Shown: positions 19,155 through 28,278 of the stretch, piece after piece | Position numbering within the stretch: the stretch's first letter is position 1 | Layout of the letters: each line of letters starts with the position of its first letter | Assembly (NCBI GenBank): GCA_035285865.1 | Contig: JAYKHS010000026.1 | Coordinates: 32,001 to 96,000 of the forward strand | Source: Candidatus Sericytochromatia bacterium | Lineage (GTDB): Bacteria; Cyanobacteriota; Sericytochromatia; S15B-MN24; VGJW01 | Length of the DNA: 64,000 nt | Reading direction: 5' to 3' | The notes under the pieces: generated by a model | The model's database searches: none | Told to the model about the DNA's origin: nothing | Seen by the model: only the letters and a program-made list of their open reading frames with translations | Translations under genes and position numbers: made by a program

Positions 19155-19319
19155 GCCCCCAAGCTAGCACGGGGAGCGCGGCCGGGCCAACGCCGGGTCC
19201 GTTGTTGCCCGATGGTGAAACGCCGGGCAAGGCCGTGATAGGCATCCATCAAGCCGGGGTAAGGCATCATGGGTGTCCGTGCCCCTCATCTGCCAGCTTT
19301 CAAGCCAGAGGTTCCCGAC

Positions 19320-20036
19320 GTGTCCGCCAAGATTCTCGTCGTCGACGACGAACCCAGCATCGTTAAATCCATCCAGTTCTCGCTGGAGAAGGAGGGCTAC
19401 ACCGTCGTCACGGCGACGGATGGTGCCCAGGCCGTCGAGGTCGCGCGCCGCGAGAAACCGTCGCTCATCATCCTGGACCTGATGCTGCCATCGATTGATG
19501 GTTACGAGGTCTGTCGCCAGGTCCGCCAGGAGATGCCCTGCCCGATCATCATGCTGACGGCCAAGGGTGAGGAGATCGATCGCGTCGTCGGGCTCGAAGT
19601 CGGTGCGGACGAGTACGTGACCAAGCCCTTCTCCCTCCGTGAGCTACTGGCTCGGGTCAAGGCCCTGCTGCGGCTGGTGGCTCGTTTCCAGGAGGCGAGG
19701 GTAGCCACGCCCGACAAGATCGAGTTCGGCGACCTGTGCATCGACCTGACCCGACACGAGGTCACCATGGGCAGCAAGGTGCTCTCCTTGACCCTCAAGG
19801 AGTATGAGCTCCTCAAGCTGATGGCCCTCAATGCAAACAAGGTCCTGTCGCGCGAGTACCTCATCACCCAGGTGTGGGGCTACGACTTCACGGGCGAAGG
19901 CCGGACGGTCGATGTCCACATCCACTGGTTGCGCGAGAAGATCGAGCGTGATCCGAACAATCCCGTCCGCATCCAGACCGTTCGCGGCGTTGGCTATCGT
20001 TTCGAGCGCAGGGTGCGTGCCGGCAGCGAGGCGTGA
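19320..20036 (+). CDS. OmpR/PhoB-family response regulator (WalR/PhoB-like)
   Basis: KILVVDDE, LDLMLP, GADEYVTKPF, RTVDVHIHWLREKIE, TVRGVGYRF; GTG start after AGAGG. Confidence 0.95.
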   Translation: MSAKILVVDDEPSIVKSIQFSLEKEGYTVVTATDGAQAVEVARREKPSLIILDLMLPSIDGYEVCRQVRQEMPCPIIMLTAKGEEIDRVVGLEVGADEYVTKPFSLRELLARVKALLRLVARFQEARVATPDKIEFGDLCIDLTRHEVTMGSKVLSLTLKEYELLKLMALNANKVLSREYLITQVWGYDFTGEGRTVDVHIHWLREKIERDPNNPVRIQTVRGVGYRFERRVRAGSEA

Positions 20037-21424
20037 GTCCCGTCGAACTGGTCCTGGCTCTGTGGGCCGTGGCCGCCTCCGGGGTGGTGGGCCTGCAGGC
20101 GCGAAGGCTCTTCCTGAAGGCACGTGACACCGAGGCCGTCGTGGCCACGATCGAGCAGTTGGGTCATCGGGCCCTGGCCCACGCGTGGCAGCCGGCCGTT
20201 TCCCTGCAGGCGCCGCCTGAGCTCCAGCCGGCCATCGAAACCGTCTCTCGTCTCGGCGACCAGATCCACGCCTTCCAACTGCTCAACATCGAGCAACTGA
20301 TCGTCGATCGTGCGGAGTTGCAGGCTGTCCTGTTCTCGATGTCCGAGGGCCTCGTCATCTATGACCTCGACATGCAGCCCGTGCTCACGAATCCGGCTTT
20401 GCGGCAGATGGCTCAGCCCGGTATCCACGCGACGGTCTTTCTGGAGCCCCATACCATGTTCCTCGCCCGGTGGGAGGATCCCGAACAGATCCGGCGCCTG
20501 GACCAGGCGATGCGGGACGAGCCGACGCTGCCTCGGACGGACATCCTGGCGCTCAAGGAGCCGCGCCAGTGGCTCAAGCGCTATTCTTCGCCGCTCTTCA
20601 ACGCCAAGGCCCAGCAGATCGGGCACGTCGTCATCTATCACGACGTCACGGCAGAGCGACAGGCCGACCAGATGAAGTCCGAGTTCATCACGAACGCCTC
20701 GCATGAGTTGCGGACACCCGTGACCAGCATGAAACTGCTGCTCGAGAGCGCGGTCGATGTCCTCGAGGGCGTCAGCTTGCCCGCGGGTGTCGCGCGTCCG
20801 CCGGACCTCGACATGCTCGAGAGCTTCCTGCGCGATGCCGTGGCCGAGGGCGAGCGCATGCACGTGCTGGTCAACGATCTGCTGGATGTGTCCAAGTTGT
20901 CCTCGCAGCGGGCCGATCTCAACATCCAGCGCGTCCAGGCGCTCAGGGTCATCGAAGAAGCCGTGGCCACGGTATCCCCTCAGGTTCGCCAGCGTGAACA
21001 GCAGCTTTCGCTCGAAATGCCGGGTTCCGCCGAGATTCCCGTCGACCGCGTTCGCCTGCGGCAGGTGCTGGTCAACCTGCTGGGCAACGCCGTCAAGTAC
21101 ACCCCGATGGGCGGCGAAATCTTGCTGACCCTTTCAGAAGGTCCCGAGGGCTGGGTCTTCACGGTCGAGGACAGCGGCATCGGCATTCCCGAGGAGGACC
21201 TGAGCCAGGTTTTCGATCGTTTCTATCGGGTCGGTCGCGATCGCACGCGGGCCGGTGGGCCAGGTGGTTCGGGCCTGGGGCTGTCGATCGTCAAGGCGAC
21301 GGTCGAGGCCCATGGCGGCAGGGTCCATGCGGAGCGGCGCGCTGAAGGCGGCACGCGCATCCGCTTCACGCTTCCGGCTCAGTCTGCCGCGGTCGAACCC
21401 GCACCTGGAGCATCCAGCCTGTAG
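20033..21424 (+). CDS. PAS-containing sensor histidine kinase (PhoR/WalK-like)
   Basis: H-box ASHELRTP, N-box NLLGNAVKY, DSGIGI, FDRFYRV, GSGLGLSI; GTGA overlap. Confidence 0.95.
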   Translation: MSPVELVLALWAVAASGVVGLQARRLFLKARDTEAVVATIEQLGHRALAHAWQPAVSLQAPPELQPAIETVSRLGDQIHAFQLLNIEQLIVDRAELQAVLFSMSEGLVIYDLDMQPVLTNPALRQMAQPGIHATVFLEPHTMFLARWEDPEQIRRLDQAMRDEPTLPRTDILALKEPRQWLKRYSSPLFNAKAQQIGHVVIYHDVTAERQADQMKSEFITNASHELRTPVTSMKLLLESAVDVLEGVSLPAGVARPPDLDMLESFLRDAVAEGERMHVLVNDLLDVSKLSSQRADLNIQRVQALRVIEEAVATVSPQVRQREQQLSLEMPGSAEIPVDRVRLRQVLVNLLGNAVKYTPMGGEILLTLSEGPEGWVFTVEDSGIGIPEEDLSQVFDRFYRVGRDRTRAGGPGGSGLGLSIVKATVEAHGGRVHAERRAEGGTRIRFTLPAQSAAVEPAPGASSL

Positions 21425-22101
21425 CCGGCTCCGTGCACGGTGTGCAGGGTCGCCGGGACGAGCGGATCCGGTTCGATCCACTGACGCAACTTGACGATGT
21501 AGTTGTCGATGGTGCGGGTGTTCCGCACGGCCTCCCGGCCCCAGACCTCGTCCATCAGCAGGTCACGGCTGACGACAGTTCCCCGGTGGCGCCACAGGCA
21601 CCGCAGCAGTTCCAGGGCCCGGACCGGGACGTTCTGGATCTGGCCGTCCCGCTCCAGTTCCATGCGATCGAAATGCACCGTGGCGATGCCGATGTGCAGG
21701 CTCGTGGGCTCGGCTGGCTGTGGCTGGGCTGGCTGGCTGCGCCGCAGGACTGCCTGAATGCGTCCGAGCAGTTCGAGGGGACTGAAGGGCTTGACGACGT
21801 AGTCATCGGCCTCCAGTGCAAAGCCCGCGACCCGATCGGCCTCCTGCCCCTTGGCCGTCACCATGATGACGGGCAGTCCGGGCGCCTGGGACCGGATGCC
21901 CTTGAGCACCTCGAAGCCGTTCAGACCGGGCAGCATCACATCAAGCAGCACGAGGTCCGGCCGCGCACCGGGTGCAGTCGCGCACGCCAGGCCGTCGGGG
22001 CCCGTAGCCGCCGCCACGACACGATGCCCTTGTCCCTCAAGCAGCTCGACGAGGCCCGTCCGGATTGCCCACTCGTCCTCGACGACCACGATGGTGGCCA
22101 T
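21379..22101 (-). CDS. OmpR-family response regulator
   Basis: IVVVEDE, LLDVMLPG, ADDYVVKPF, RTIDNYIVKLR, TVHGAGYR. Confidence 0.95.
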   Translation of the reverse strand: MATIVVVEDEWAIRTGLVELLEGQGHRVVAAATGPDGLACATAPGARPDLVLLDVMLPGLNGFEVLKGIRSQAPGLPVIMVTAKGQEADRVAGFALEADDYVVKPFSPLELLGRIQAVLRRSQPAQPQPAEPTSLHIGIATVHFDRMELERDGQIQNVPVRALELLRCLWRHRGTVVSRDLLMDEVWGREAVRNTRTIDNYIVKLRQWIEPDPLVPATLHTVHGAGYRLDAPGAGSTAAD

Positions 22102-22102
22102 G

Positions 22103-24043
22103 TCAGGTGCCTCCTTCCGGCGCGTGCCACGTCGGCCAGTGCACCACGAAGGTGGCACCGCCCTCAGGTGGATGCTCGACGTCCACGGAGGCCCCGTGCG
22201 CGGCCGTGAACTCCTTCACGAGGGCGAGGCCGAGGCCACTGCCGCCCGGGCCGTCGGGTGAGACGGCCCGATAGAACGGCTGGAAGATCCGCCTGCGGTG
22301 CTCTGGCGCGATGCCGGGGCCGCGATCAGCCACCTCGATCCTCACGTTGCGCGCCGACGCACCTGCCGAACGGAGGCGCAGCGCGATGTCCCGCGCATCT
22401 CCCGAGTAGGCGATGGCATTGTTCAGCAGATTCAGCAGCACCTGCAGGAGCGCGTCTCGATCCGCCCGTACCGGTGGCAACTCGGTGTCCGGCAAATCCA
22501 GATGCAGACGGAAGCCCTTTTCATCAGCCGTGGGCTGGATGATGGCCATGGCATCCTGCGCCAGTACGGCAGGTTCGATCTTCTGGAGGTTGTAGGTCTT
22601 CGTGCCGCGCTGGATCCGGGCAAAGTCGAGCACGCGGTCGATAAGGCGCCCGAGGCGTTCACTTTCCTGGATGACTGTGCGCGCCGCACTGCCCGGATCG
22701 CGTGATAGGCCCGAGGCCAGTAGTTCGGCATAGATGCGGATGGCGGTCAGCGGTGTCTTGAGTTCGTGCGAGACACCCGCCACGAAGGACGCCTGCATGC
22801 GGGCGAAGGCCAGTTCGCGCGCCAAGCCCCGGGCTATGGCCACGCTCGCGGCCAGGACGACGGACAGCAGGATGCCCAGCACCGTCCACGAGCGGCGTCG
22901 CAGGGAGGCGAGGCGGCTTTGCAGCAACTCAGGCGGCCAGCGAACCGTGACGACCAACGCATCGAGCGGGGCCGACAGGCGGGCCGAACTTACTTCGTCA
23001 TCGTCCGATTCGCCCCACGCGAGGTCAGGCATGGCCGTCTGGTCGAGGCGCCGCAGGCCCTCCCGGACCAACCCCTTGCGGATGCCGTCGAGGTCCACCT
23101 GGAAGCCGCTGTAACCCACTTCCGCGCGCCCGACAATCCCGAAGAGCCGACGCCCCTCCCCCTGCCCCACGACGACCCAGCTTGGGGTACGGAACTCCCG
23201 GTCCCGTATGGCGGGCCAGAGTTGGCCGGCGACCAGGCCCTGAACTGGTGGCTGGGTGCCTCGCCCGACACTTTCCCGGGCCATCCGGCGCAGGTAATCG
23301 AGATAGGCAGACGCCTCGTCCGGGCCCACGGCGGCCTCGATGCGGGGTGCGAGGCGTCCTTCAGCGCCGGCCTCGCCTCCGAGCCTGACAATGCGGAGTT
23401 CGGCCATGAGGCCGTACGGCACGCCGTCTTCGGCCTTGTCCGTGCCGAGCAGACGGGCCACGGCACGGTAGAGAGAATCGGCCTCTGCCGTCCGTCCCCC
23501 CCGTTCGGCAAGGCGTGCCATGCCGTAGGCGGCACGGGCACGCACGGCCGGGGCTGCGGAAAGCAGGAGGACCCGGCGGTAGGCGGCTTCGGCCTCGGCC
23601 AGTTGGCGGGTGCTGAATTCGGCACTTGCTGCCTCGGCAAGGGCTTGCTGGACCTGTTCCGGAGTGCCCTGCGCCAGCGGCAGGGGCAGTTCAGCCACCC
23701 GTCCCGGCGAAGCCAGCAGTTGGGTTCCGCCAAGGCGGTATTCCCGGTCGATCCAGAAGGGCTGGGAAATCCAGGGGAGTTCCTCGGCGAGGAAGGGGCT
23801 GCCGCGGCCACTGCGTCCCGGCGGTGGAGCAAGGTGGGCCAGACGCCTGCCGAGTTGGTCGCCAAGGTCCGCGGCAAGGGCCGCCGCCTGGCTTTGTCGG
23901 GCATCGGCCATCGCGCGCGCGATGGCCGTTTGTTCTCTGGCCAGCTCTCGGATCTCGGCTGCCACGAGCAGGGCTATGGGGAGTCCTGCAAGCATGACGA
24001 GCAGCAGGCCGGCACGCCACATCGGCTGGATTCGCCGCATCAC
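22103..24043 (-). CDS. sensor histidine kinase with TPR-like periplasmic domain
   Basis: Two TMs, VSHELKTPL, NLLNNAIAY, DRGPGI, GSGLGLALV. Confidence 0.93.
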   Translation of the reverse strand: MMRRIQPMWRAGLLLVMLAGLPIALLVAAEIRELAREQTAIARAMADARQSQAAALAADLGDQLGRRLAHLAPPPGRSGRGSPFLAEELPWISQPFWIDREYRLGGTQLLASPGRVAELPLPLAQGTPEQVQQALAEAASAEFSTRQLAEAEAAYRRVLLLSAAPAVRARAAYGMARLAERGGRTAEADSLYRAVARLLGTDKAEDGVPYGLMAELRIVRLGGEAGAEGRLAPRIEAAVGPDEASAYLDYLRRMARESVGRGTQPPVQGLVAGQLWPAIRDREFRTPSWVVVGQGEGRRLFGIVGRAEVGYSGFQVDLDGIRKGLVREGLRRLDQTAMPDLAWGESDDDEVSSARLSAPLDALVVTVRWPPELLQSRLASLRRRSWTVLGILLSVVLAASVAIARGLARELAFARMQASFVAGVSHELKTPLTAIRIYAELLASGLSRDPGSAARTVIQESERLGRLIDRVLDFARIQRGTKTYNLQKIEPAVLAQDAMAIIQPTADEKGFRLHLDLPDTELPPVRADRDALLQVLLNLLNNAIAYSGDARDIALRLRSAGASARNVRIEVADRGPGIAPEHRRRIFQPFYRAVSPDGPGGSGLGLALVKEFTAAHGASVDVEHPPEGGATFVVHWPTWHAPEGGT

Positions 24044-25344
24044 GGTCCATCACCGCGCAGACCGAGCCGCTCTCGAGCGAGCGTGCGAAGCATCGTACCG
24101 TCGGCATCCCGGCCATTCGGAAATTGGTCCAGCAGTTGCTGCCAGGCTTGGCGCGCCCCTGCAGTGTCACCCCGCGCCTCGCGCCGACGGGCCAGCAGCG
24201 CCAGGGCGCGTCCGCCCGCCCGGGTGCCGTCCGGCCACAGGTCCATGCGACGGTCGTCCGCCAGGACCTGTTCCGCGAGGGCCTCGCCATCCTCGGTGAG
24301 GCGTGCTGCCGCAACCAGAGCGCGACCATCGAGGTTGCTGCGCGGATGCTCGCGGGCCAGTTCCCGCAGCGCCGCAATCGAGGCCTCCCGGTCTGGCCCG
24401 ATGGCGGCCTTCTCAAGCTGGTTCAGACGCTGCGAGGCGCGTCGCCACGCCTCGGCAGGGAGACCGCTGGAAAGGGAACGGCCGAGGGCTTCGAGGCTCT
24501 CCCGGCCCTGAGCGGCCTGAATGGAGGCATCGCCGAGTGCAGCCTGCGTGACCTGGATGGCGGCGTCGAGGCGGCCTGTTTCCCAAAGATTCTGGCCCTG
24601 CTGCAGCCAGAGTCGTCCCCGCAAGGGCGCTGCAAGAGCGCGCAGGCCCGGAGCCCGAGCCTCGAGTGTCCGGAATGCCTGAAGACCTTCGTCCGGCCTG
24701 GCCTTCGGGCCGATTTCGAGAACCAGTTCGGCCTGAGTCGCGAGGGGCAAGGTGTCACCGAACTCTAGGACGAGCGACATCTGGATCGCCGTCGCCCGTC
24801 CTGCCTGGCCGGCCCGGATGAGGCGTCGGGCCGCTGCCGTCAGGCGCTTGGAGGCCTCTTGCCGGGCAAAACGGTCCACCTGGTTGCGGAACCCGGCGCG
24901 TTCGTCTTCCGGGAGCAGGGCCTCCCACCCCTGGCCTGGCCGCGTGGCCAAAGGGCCGGCCGGCGAGTCCGGGCTATCCGGGACGAGTTCGCGGGTGCCT
25001 CCCGTGCGCATCCAGCCAACCGCGGCACGCACATGGTCCGCGCGCGCGTCGAGGGCGGTGCGGTAGGCGGCGCGCGCTGCCGCCTCCTGCCCGAGCACGG
25101 CATAGTGATCACCCAGATCGGCCGCTGCCTCGGCAAGAATGCTGCCCGAGGCTATCGGCAGCAGGACCTGCAGGCGCGTGATGGCCTCCTGGAGGTCTCC
25201 GTCCGCGACGGCCAGCAATCTGGCCTCTGCCAGCTTTCTCGTCGGCGTGTCCGGACGGGACAGTCCGGATGCCGGGACGGGAAACAGCACCCCTACGCCC
25301 AGCAGTAGCCAAGGCGCCCGGTTCAGCCACATGCGGGACGTCAT
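24040..25344 (-). CDS. exported TPR-like protein
   Basis: Signal-like N-terminus, helical repeats, C-terminal ARQAWQQLLDQFP. Confidence 0.7.
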   Translation of the reverse strand: MTSRMWLNRAPWLLLGVGVLFPVPASGLSRPDTPTRKLAEARLLAVADGDLQEAITRLQVLLPIASGSILAEAAADLGDHYAVLGQEAAARAAYRTALDARADHVRAAVGWMRTGGTRELVPDSPDSPAGPLATRPGQGWEALLPEDERAGFRNQVDRFARQEASKRLTAAARRLIRAGQAGRATAIQMSLVLEFGDTLPLATQAELVLEIGPKARPDEGLQAFRTLEARAPGLRALAAPLRGRLWLQQGQNLWETGRLDAAIQVTQAALGDASIQAAQGRESLEALGRSLSSGLPAEAWRRASQRLNQLEKAAIGPDREASIAALRELAREHPRSNLDGRALVAAARLTEDGEALAEQVLADDRRMDLWPDGTRAGGRALALLARRREARGDTAGARQAWQQLLDQFPNGRDADGTMLRTLARERLGLRGDGP

Positions 25345-25363
25345 CGCCCCAGCATGCCCGGAC

Positions 25364-26041
25364 TCAGGACTCCATGAACCGTCTGATCCGCATCACCATC
25401 AGGTCGTTCTCGTCGGAGAACGGGGCTGCCTGAAGGATGGCGATCATCTTGGATTTGGCTGCCGTCGGCAGATCCGTAAGATTCTGGTCCGTCGCGATCC
25501 TCATGGTTGCTCTGACGCCTGCGAGGCCGGCGTCCTCGACGGCTGCCGGGTCCTCGAACCAACCCGCCTTGAGGGCGTAACGGGCCACGTCCAGGCCAGG
25601 GCCCGAGTCGCCCATGGCTTTGAAGAGATCGTCCCGCTTGCCGATGCGAGCCAGTGCCTCCGACAGGACGCCATCTTCCCCCTTGGGAACGGCGGGAATC
25701 ATGACGAGGCCGATGCCCTCGCGGTCCGCGGAGCCCCCGTTGCGGCCAAGGAGGCTGGCAATCAGCTGAGCCCGCTGATCGGGGCTTGCCGCGTCCACGA
25801 GGTCGGGGCGCTTGCGGACGAGGGTCTTGAGCGTCGCAGGCGTGGCACCGCCGATCTCCGTGTCCAGCTGGCGCTGGAGCTGCTCGCGCAGACCCTCGCG
25901 GGTAGACAGGCGGACTTCGTCCTGCCGCACGGGCGGCAGGGGCGGTGGGGGCGTGGTTCGGGCCGTCTTGCCCTTGCGCAGGAAAGGCAGCCGCTCGAGC
26001 AGGCCGGTCAGAATCGGAAAGTCAGGCATCAGGAACCTCAA
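25364..26041 (-). CDS. hypothetical protein
   Basis: TTG start overlaps upstream stop (alternative ATG at 26029); Pro-rich N-terminus, helical C-terminus. Confidence 0.65.
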   Translation of the reverse strand: MRFLMPDFPILTGLLERLPFLRKGKTARTTPPPPLPPVRQDEVRLSTREGLREQLQRQLDTEIGGATPATLKTLVRKRPDLVDAASPDQRAQLIASLLGRNGGSADREGIGLVMIPAVPKGEDGVLSEALARIGKRDDLFKAMGDSGPGLDVARYALKAGWFEDPAAVEDAGLAGVRATMRIATDQNLTDLPTAAKSKMIAILQAAPFSDENDLMVMRIRRFMES

Positions 26042-27204
26042 AGACGGGAAGCCATCCGCAGCAGACCTGCGGCATCCGGATGACCGAGCACGGTCTGGAC
26101 CTTGCGGGCTGTGGTGCGGGAGAGCTCGAGCAGGCCTCCGCCCGGCGTGGCCAGGACCTGCGTCGACTTCAGGATGCGGACGCTGCGGTTCTCGGCAAGC
26201 AGACCGCCGACGACCTTCTGGCTGACGACGCTGATCCGCTTGGTGGATCGGGCGACCTCGCGCAGAGCAGGTGGTGCAGTCACCACGCGAACGGCTCGGA
26301 CGCGGGTAGCCGTGCCCGAGACCGTGCGGGCCGCCTGTGCTGCGGCCTGAGCAGCTTGAGCAGCCTGCGCAGTTTGGGCCGCCTTTGCTGCGTCACGAGC
26401 CTTGCGGGCTTGCTGGAGCACAAGATTCACCTGACTGCCCTGGCTGGCCAGACGGGTCTTCTGGGCGACCTTGGCGGACTTGGCAACCGTGCCCGCCGTC
26501 TGTGCGGCCTTTCCTGCCTGAGCTGCCTGTCGGGCAGCGTTGGCTGCTTGCGTGGCCTGCTGGGTCGCCTTTGCCGTCTGGGCGGCTTGCGCCGCTTGCT
26601 GGGCCTTGCGTGCAGCCTGGGCGACCTCGCTGGTCTGCTGGGCCTTGCGGGCTACCTGAGCAGCTTGCGTCGCCTGTTGCGCCTTCTGGGCGGCACCAGC
26701 TGCCTGGGAAGCCTGACGGGTGACCTGCCCGGCCTGCTGGGCGGCCTTGCCGGTGCGTGCCACGGCTTGCCCCGCCCCAGCCGCCCCGGATGCGGGCTTG
26801 AGCAGTCCTGACCCGACCAGCATGCTGCCGACCTCGAAGAGGCCCCGGCCGATGGCGCGGCCGGGACGGCCCTGCCGCACGGCTTCCGCGTAAGGTTCGG
26901 TGAACGCCTTCACGACTTCGCCGGGCCGTGTCAACAGGGCCACGGGCAGCATCGCGAGGCCCGTCACGGTCTCGATGGGATGCGTGATCATGTGAATGGT
27001 GCCGCCGACCATGTCGCCTGCACCTTGCACGGCTCCGACGATGACGTCACCGACAAAGCCGCCGAGACCCTGCTCTTCCGTGCGATGCCGCGGGCGCCGG
27101 GCGGCCAGCTCCGCACGGGTCTCCGCATCCACCGGGCGGTAGATGCGTTCACGCTGCGGGGCCGGTCCCAGAACCTGGTTCAGGTCGCGCACGAGCTTGG
27201 GCAT
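26038..27204 (-). CDS. hypothetical protein with Gly-rich hydrophobic region and Ala/Gln/Lys-rich repeats
   Basis: SD GCAGGAG before MPKLVRD; GGFVGDVIVGAVQGAGDMVGG segment; degenerate AQKAQQA repeats. Confidence 0.75.
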   Translation of the reverse strand: MPKLVRDLNQVLGPAPQRERIYRPVDAETRAELAARRPRHRTEEQGLGGFVGDVIVGAVQGAGDMVGGTIHMITHPIETVTGLAMLPVALLTRPGEVVKAFTEPYAEAVRQGRPGRAIGRGLFEVGSMLVGSGLLKPASGAAGAGQAVARTGKAAQQAGQVTRQASQAAGAAQKAQQATQAAQVARKAQQTSEVAQAARKAQQAAQAAQTAKATQQATQAANAARQAAQAGKAAQTAGTVAKSAKVAQKTRLASQGSQVNLVLQQARKARDAAKAAQTAQAAQAAQAAAQAARTVSGTATRVRAVRVVTAPPALREVARSTKRISVVSQKVVGGLLAENRSVRILKSTQVLATPGGGLLELSRTTARKVQTVLGHPDAAGLLRMASRL

Positions 27205-27320
27205 GACGGGTTCTCCTGCATCATCTATCCCCGGCAATCGTCCCCGCCTGACGGGAGAGGCGGTTAAGCCTCTCCTAAATCTGGGGCGGCTGCCGGCTTG
27301 ACCGAGAGCTTTTCCGGAAC

Positions 27321-27336
27321 TTAAGCGGCACTTAAC
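27321..27336. promoter_or_regulatory. TTAA-N7-TTAAC direct repeat in a divergent promoter
   Basis: TTAAGCGGCACTTAAC; near-copy TTAA-N7-CTAA at 27264-27278. Confidence 0.5.
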
Positions 27337-27437
27337 CGCGGCAGCGCAAGAACCCAGCGTCTTCTCCGGACAGAGAACTCGTCAGGGCGTCGAGCCCTCA
27401 AGGTCACCCCCGCCCCCTTTGTTCTGGAGGATTCCCG

Positions 27438-27599
27438 ATGTCGCTGATCACCCGCCTCGTCCGTGAAGAAGAAGGCCAGAGCATGGTCGAGTACGGCATC
27501 ATCGTCGCCGTGATCGCCGCGGTCTGCATCGGCGGATACAAGGCCGTCGGTGCTCAGGTCAACAAGTCCATCGACACCCTGATCAAGAACATGAAGTAG
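27438..27599 (+). CDS. flp: Flp family type IVb/IVc pilin (53 aa, absent from the ORF track)
   Basis: MSLITRLVREEEGQSMVEYGIIVAVIAAVCIGGYKAVGAQVNKSIDTLIKNMK; G/xxxxEY motif; GGAGG SD. Confidence 0.95.
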   Translation: MSLITRLVREEEGQSMVEYGIIVAVIAAVCIGGYKAVGAQVNKSIDTLIKNMK

Positions 27600-27617
27600 G
27601 CGAAGCCTCGCTTCCCC

Positions 27618-27660
27618 GGCCCGGGGCGCCCGTCTTGGACAGGCGTCTCGGGCCTTTGTT
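27618..27660 (+). terminator. intrinsic terminator after flp
   Basis: GGCCCGGGGCGCCCGTC-TTG-GACAGGCGTCTCGGGCC stem followed by TTTGTT. Confidence 0.7.
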
Positions 27661-27678
27661 CCGGGTACAGTGCAAGCC

Positions 27679-28278
27679 GTGAGTGCTTTCTTCGTGGCCG
27701 ATTCCTGGCGGTGGGCCCTCCTGCCCGTGTTGGCAGTCGCCGTCGTCACGGATGCCAAGGCCAGGCGCATTCCCAATTGGCTGACGTTTCCCGCGATGGT
27801 TGCGGGCCTCTTGGCTTCCGTCGCCGCCGCCGCGTTGGCGGAGGGTTGGAGGGGTGCCGTGCTTGCCGGGGTGTCGTCTCTCGGTGGCTGGCTTGCTTTT
27901 CCGCTGGCCTTCCTGCTGATTGATGCTCTGTATGCCGGAGCGTGGGGGCAGCTCAAGGGCATCCGGGCCGGAGACATCAAGCTCATGGCGGCTGCGGGGG
28001 CCTGGATAGGTTTCTGGTCTGCACTCTCCGCCATCCTGGACACGGCGCTTGTCGGTGGTGTGATCAGCCTGCTCTGGGCTGCATTGCATGGGGCATTGGG
28101 CGGCGTCCTGAAACAGGTCCGAGGCTTCTTCATGGCTGTCGGTGCCGGGCTGCGCCAACCGGCCGCGATGGTCCCGGAGTCGCGAGCGCCCCTGCTGCCC
28201 TACGCCCTTTCAATCGCTCTGGGCACGATTGCCGCGATGCTCTGCCCCCCCCTCTGGCAGCTCGGTGTCGGGCGATGA
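27679..28278 (+). CDS. cpaA: A24 prepilin peptidase (TadV/CpaA)
   Basis: TDAKARRIPNWLT, AGDIKLMAA, LPYALSI. Confidence 0.92.
   Translation: MSAFFVADSWRWALLPVLAVAVVTDAKARRIPNWLTFPAMVAGLLASVAAAALAEGWRGAVLAGVSSLGGWLAFPLAFLLIDALYAGAWGQLKGIRAGDIKLMAAAGAWIGFWSALSAILDTALVGGVISLLWAALHGALGGVLKQVRGFFMAVGAGLRQPAAMVPESRAPLLPYALSIALGTIAAMLCPPLWQLGVGR

Noticed and set aside
14315..19245. Apparent long N-terminal extensions or fusions of NadD, ProA and ObgE (also TadE, HD-GYP, AMP-binding) in the ORF track
   Set aside because: True starts sit at stop/start overlaps or downstream; the extensions are off-frame reads of neighbouring genes.
27240..27437. Riboswitch (e.g. c-di-GMP) upstream of flp
   Set aside because: Only short hairpins; I could not match conserved riboswitch motifs. 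An Rfam scan would settle it.
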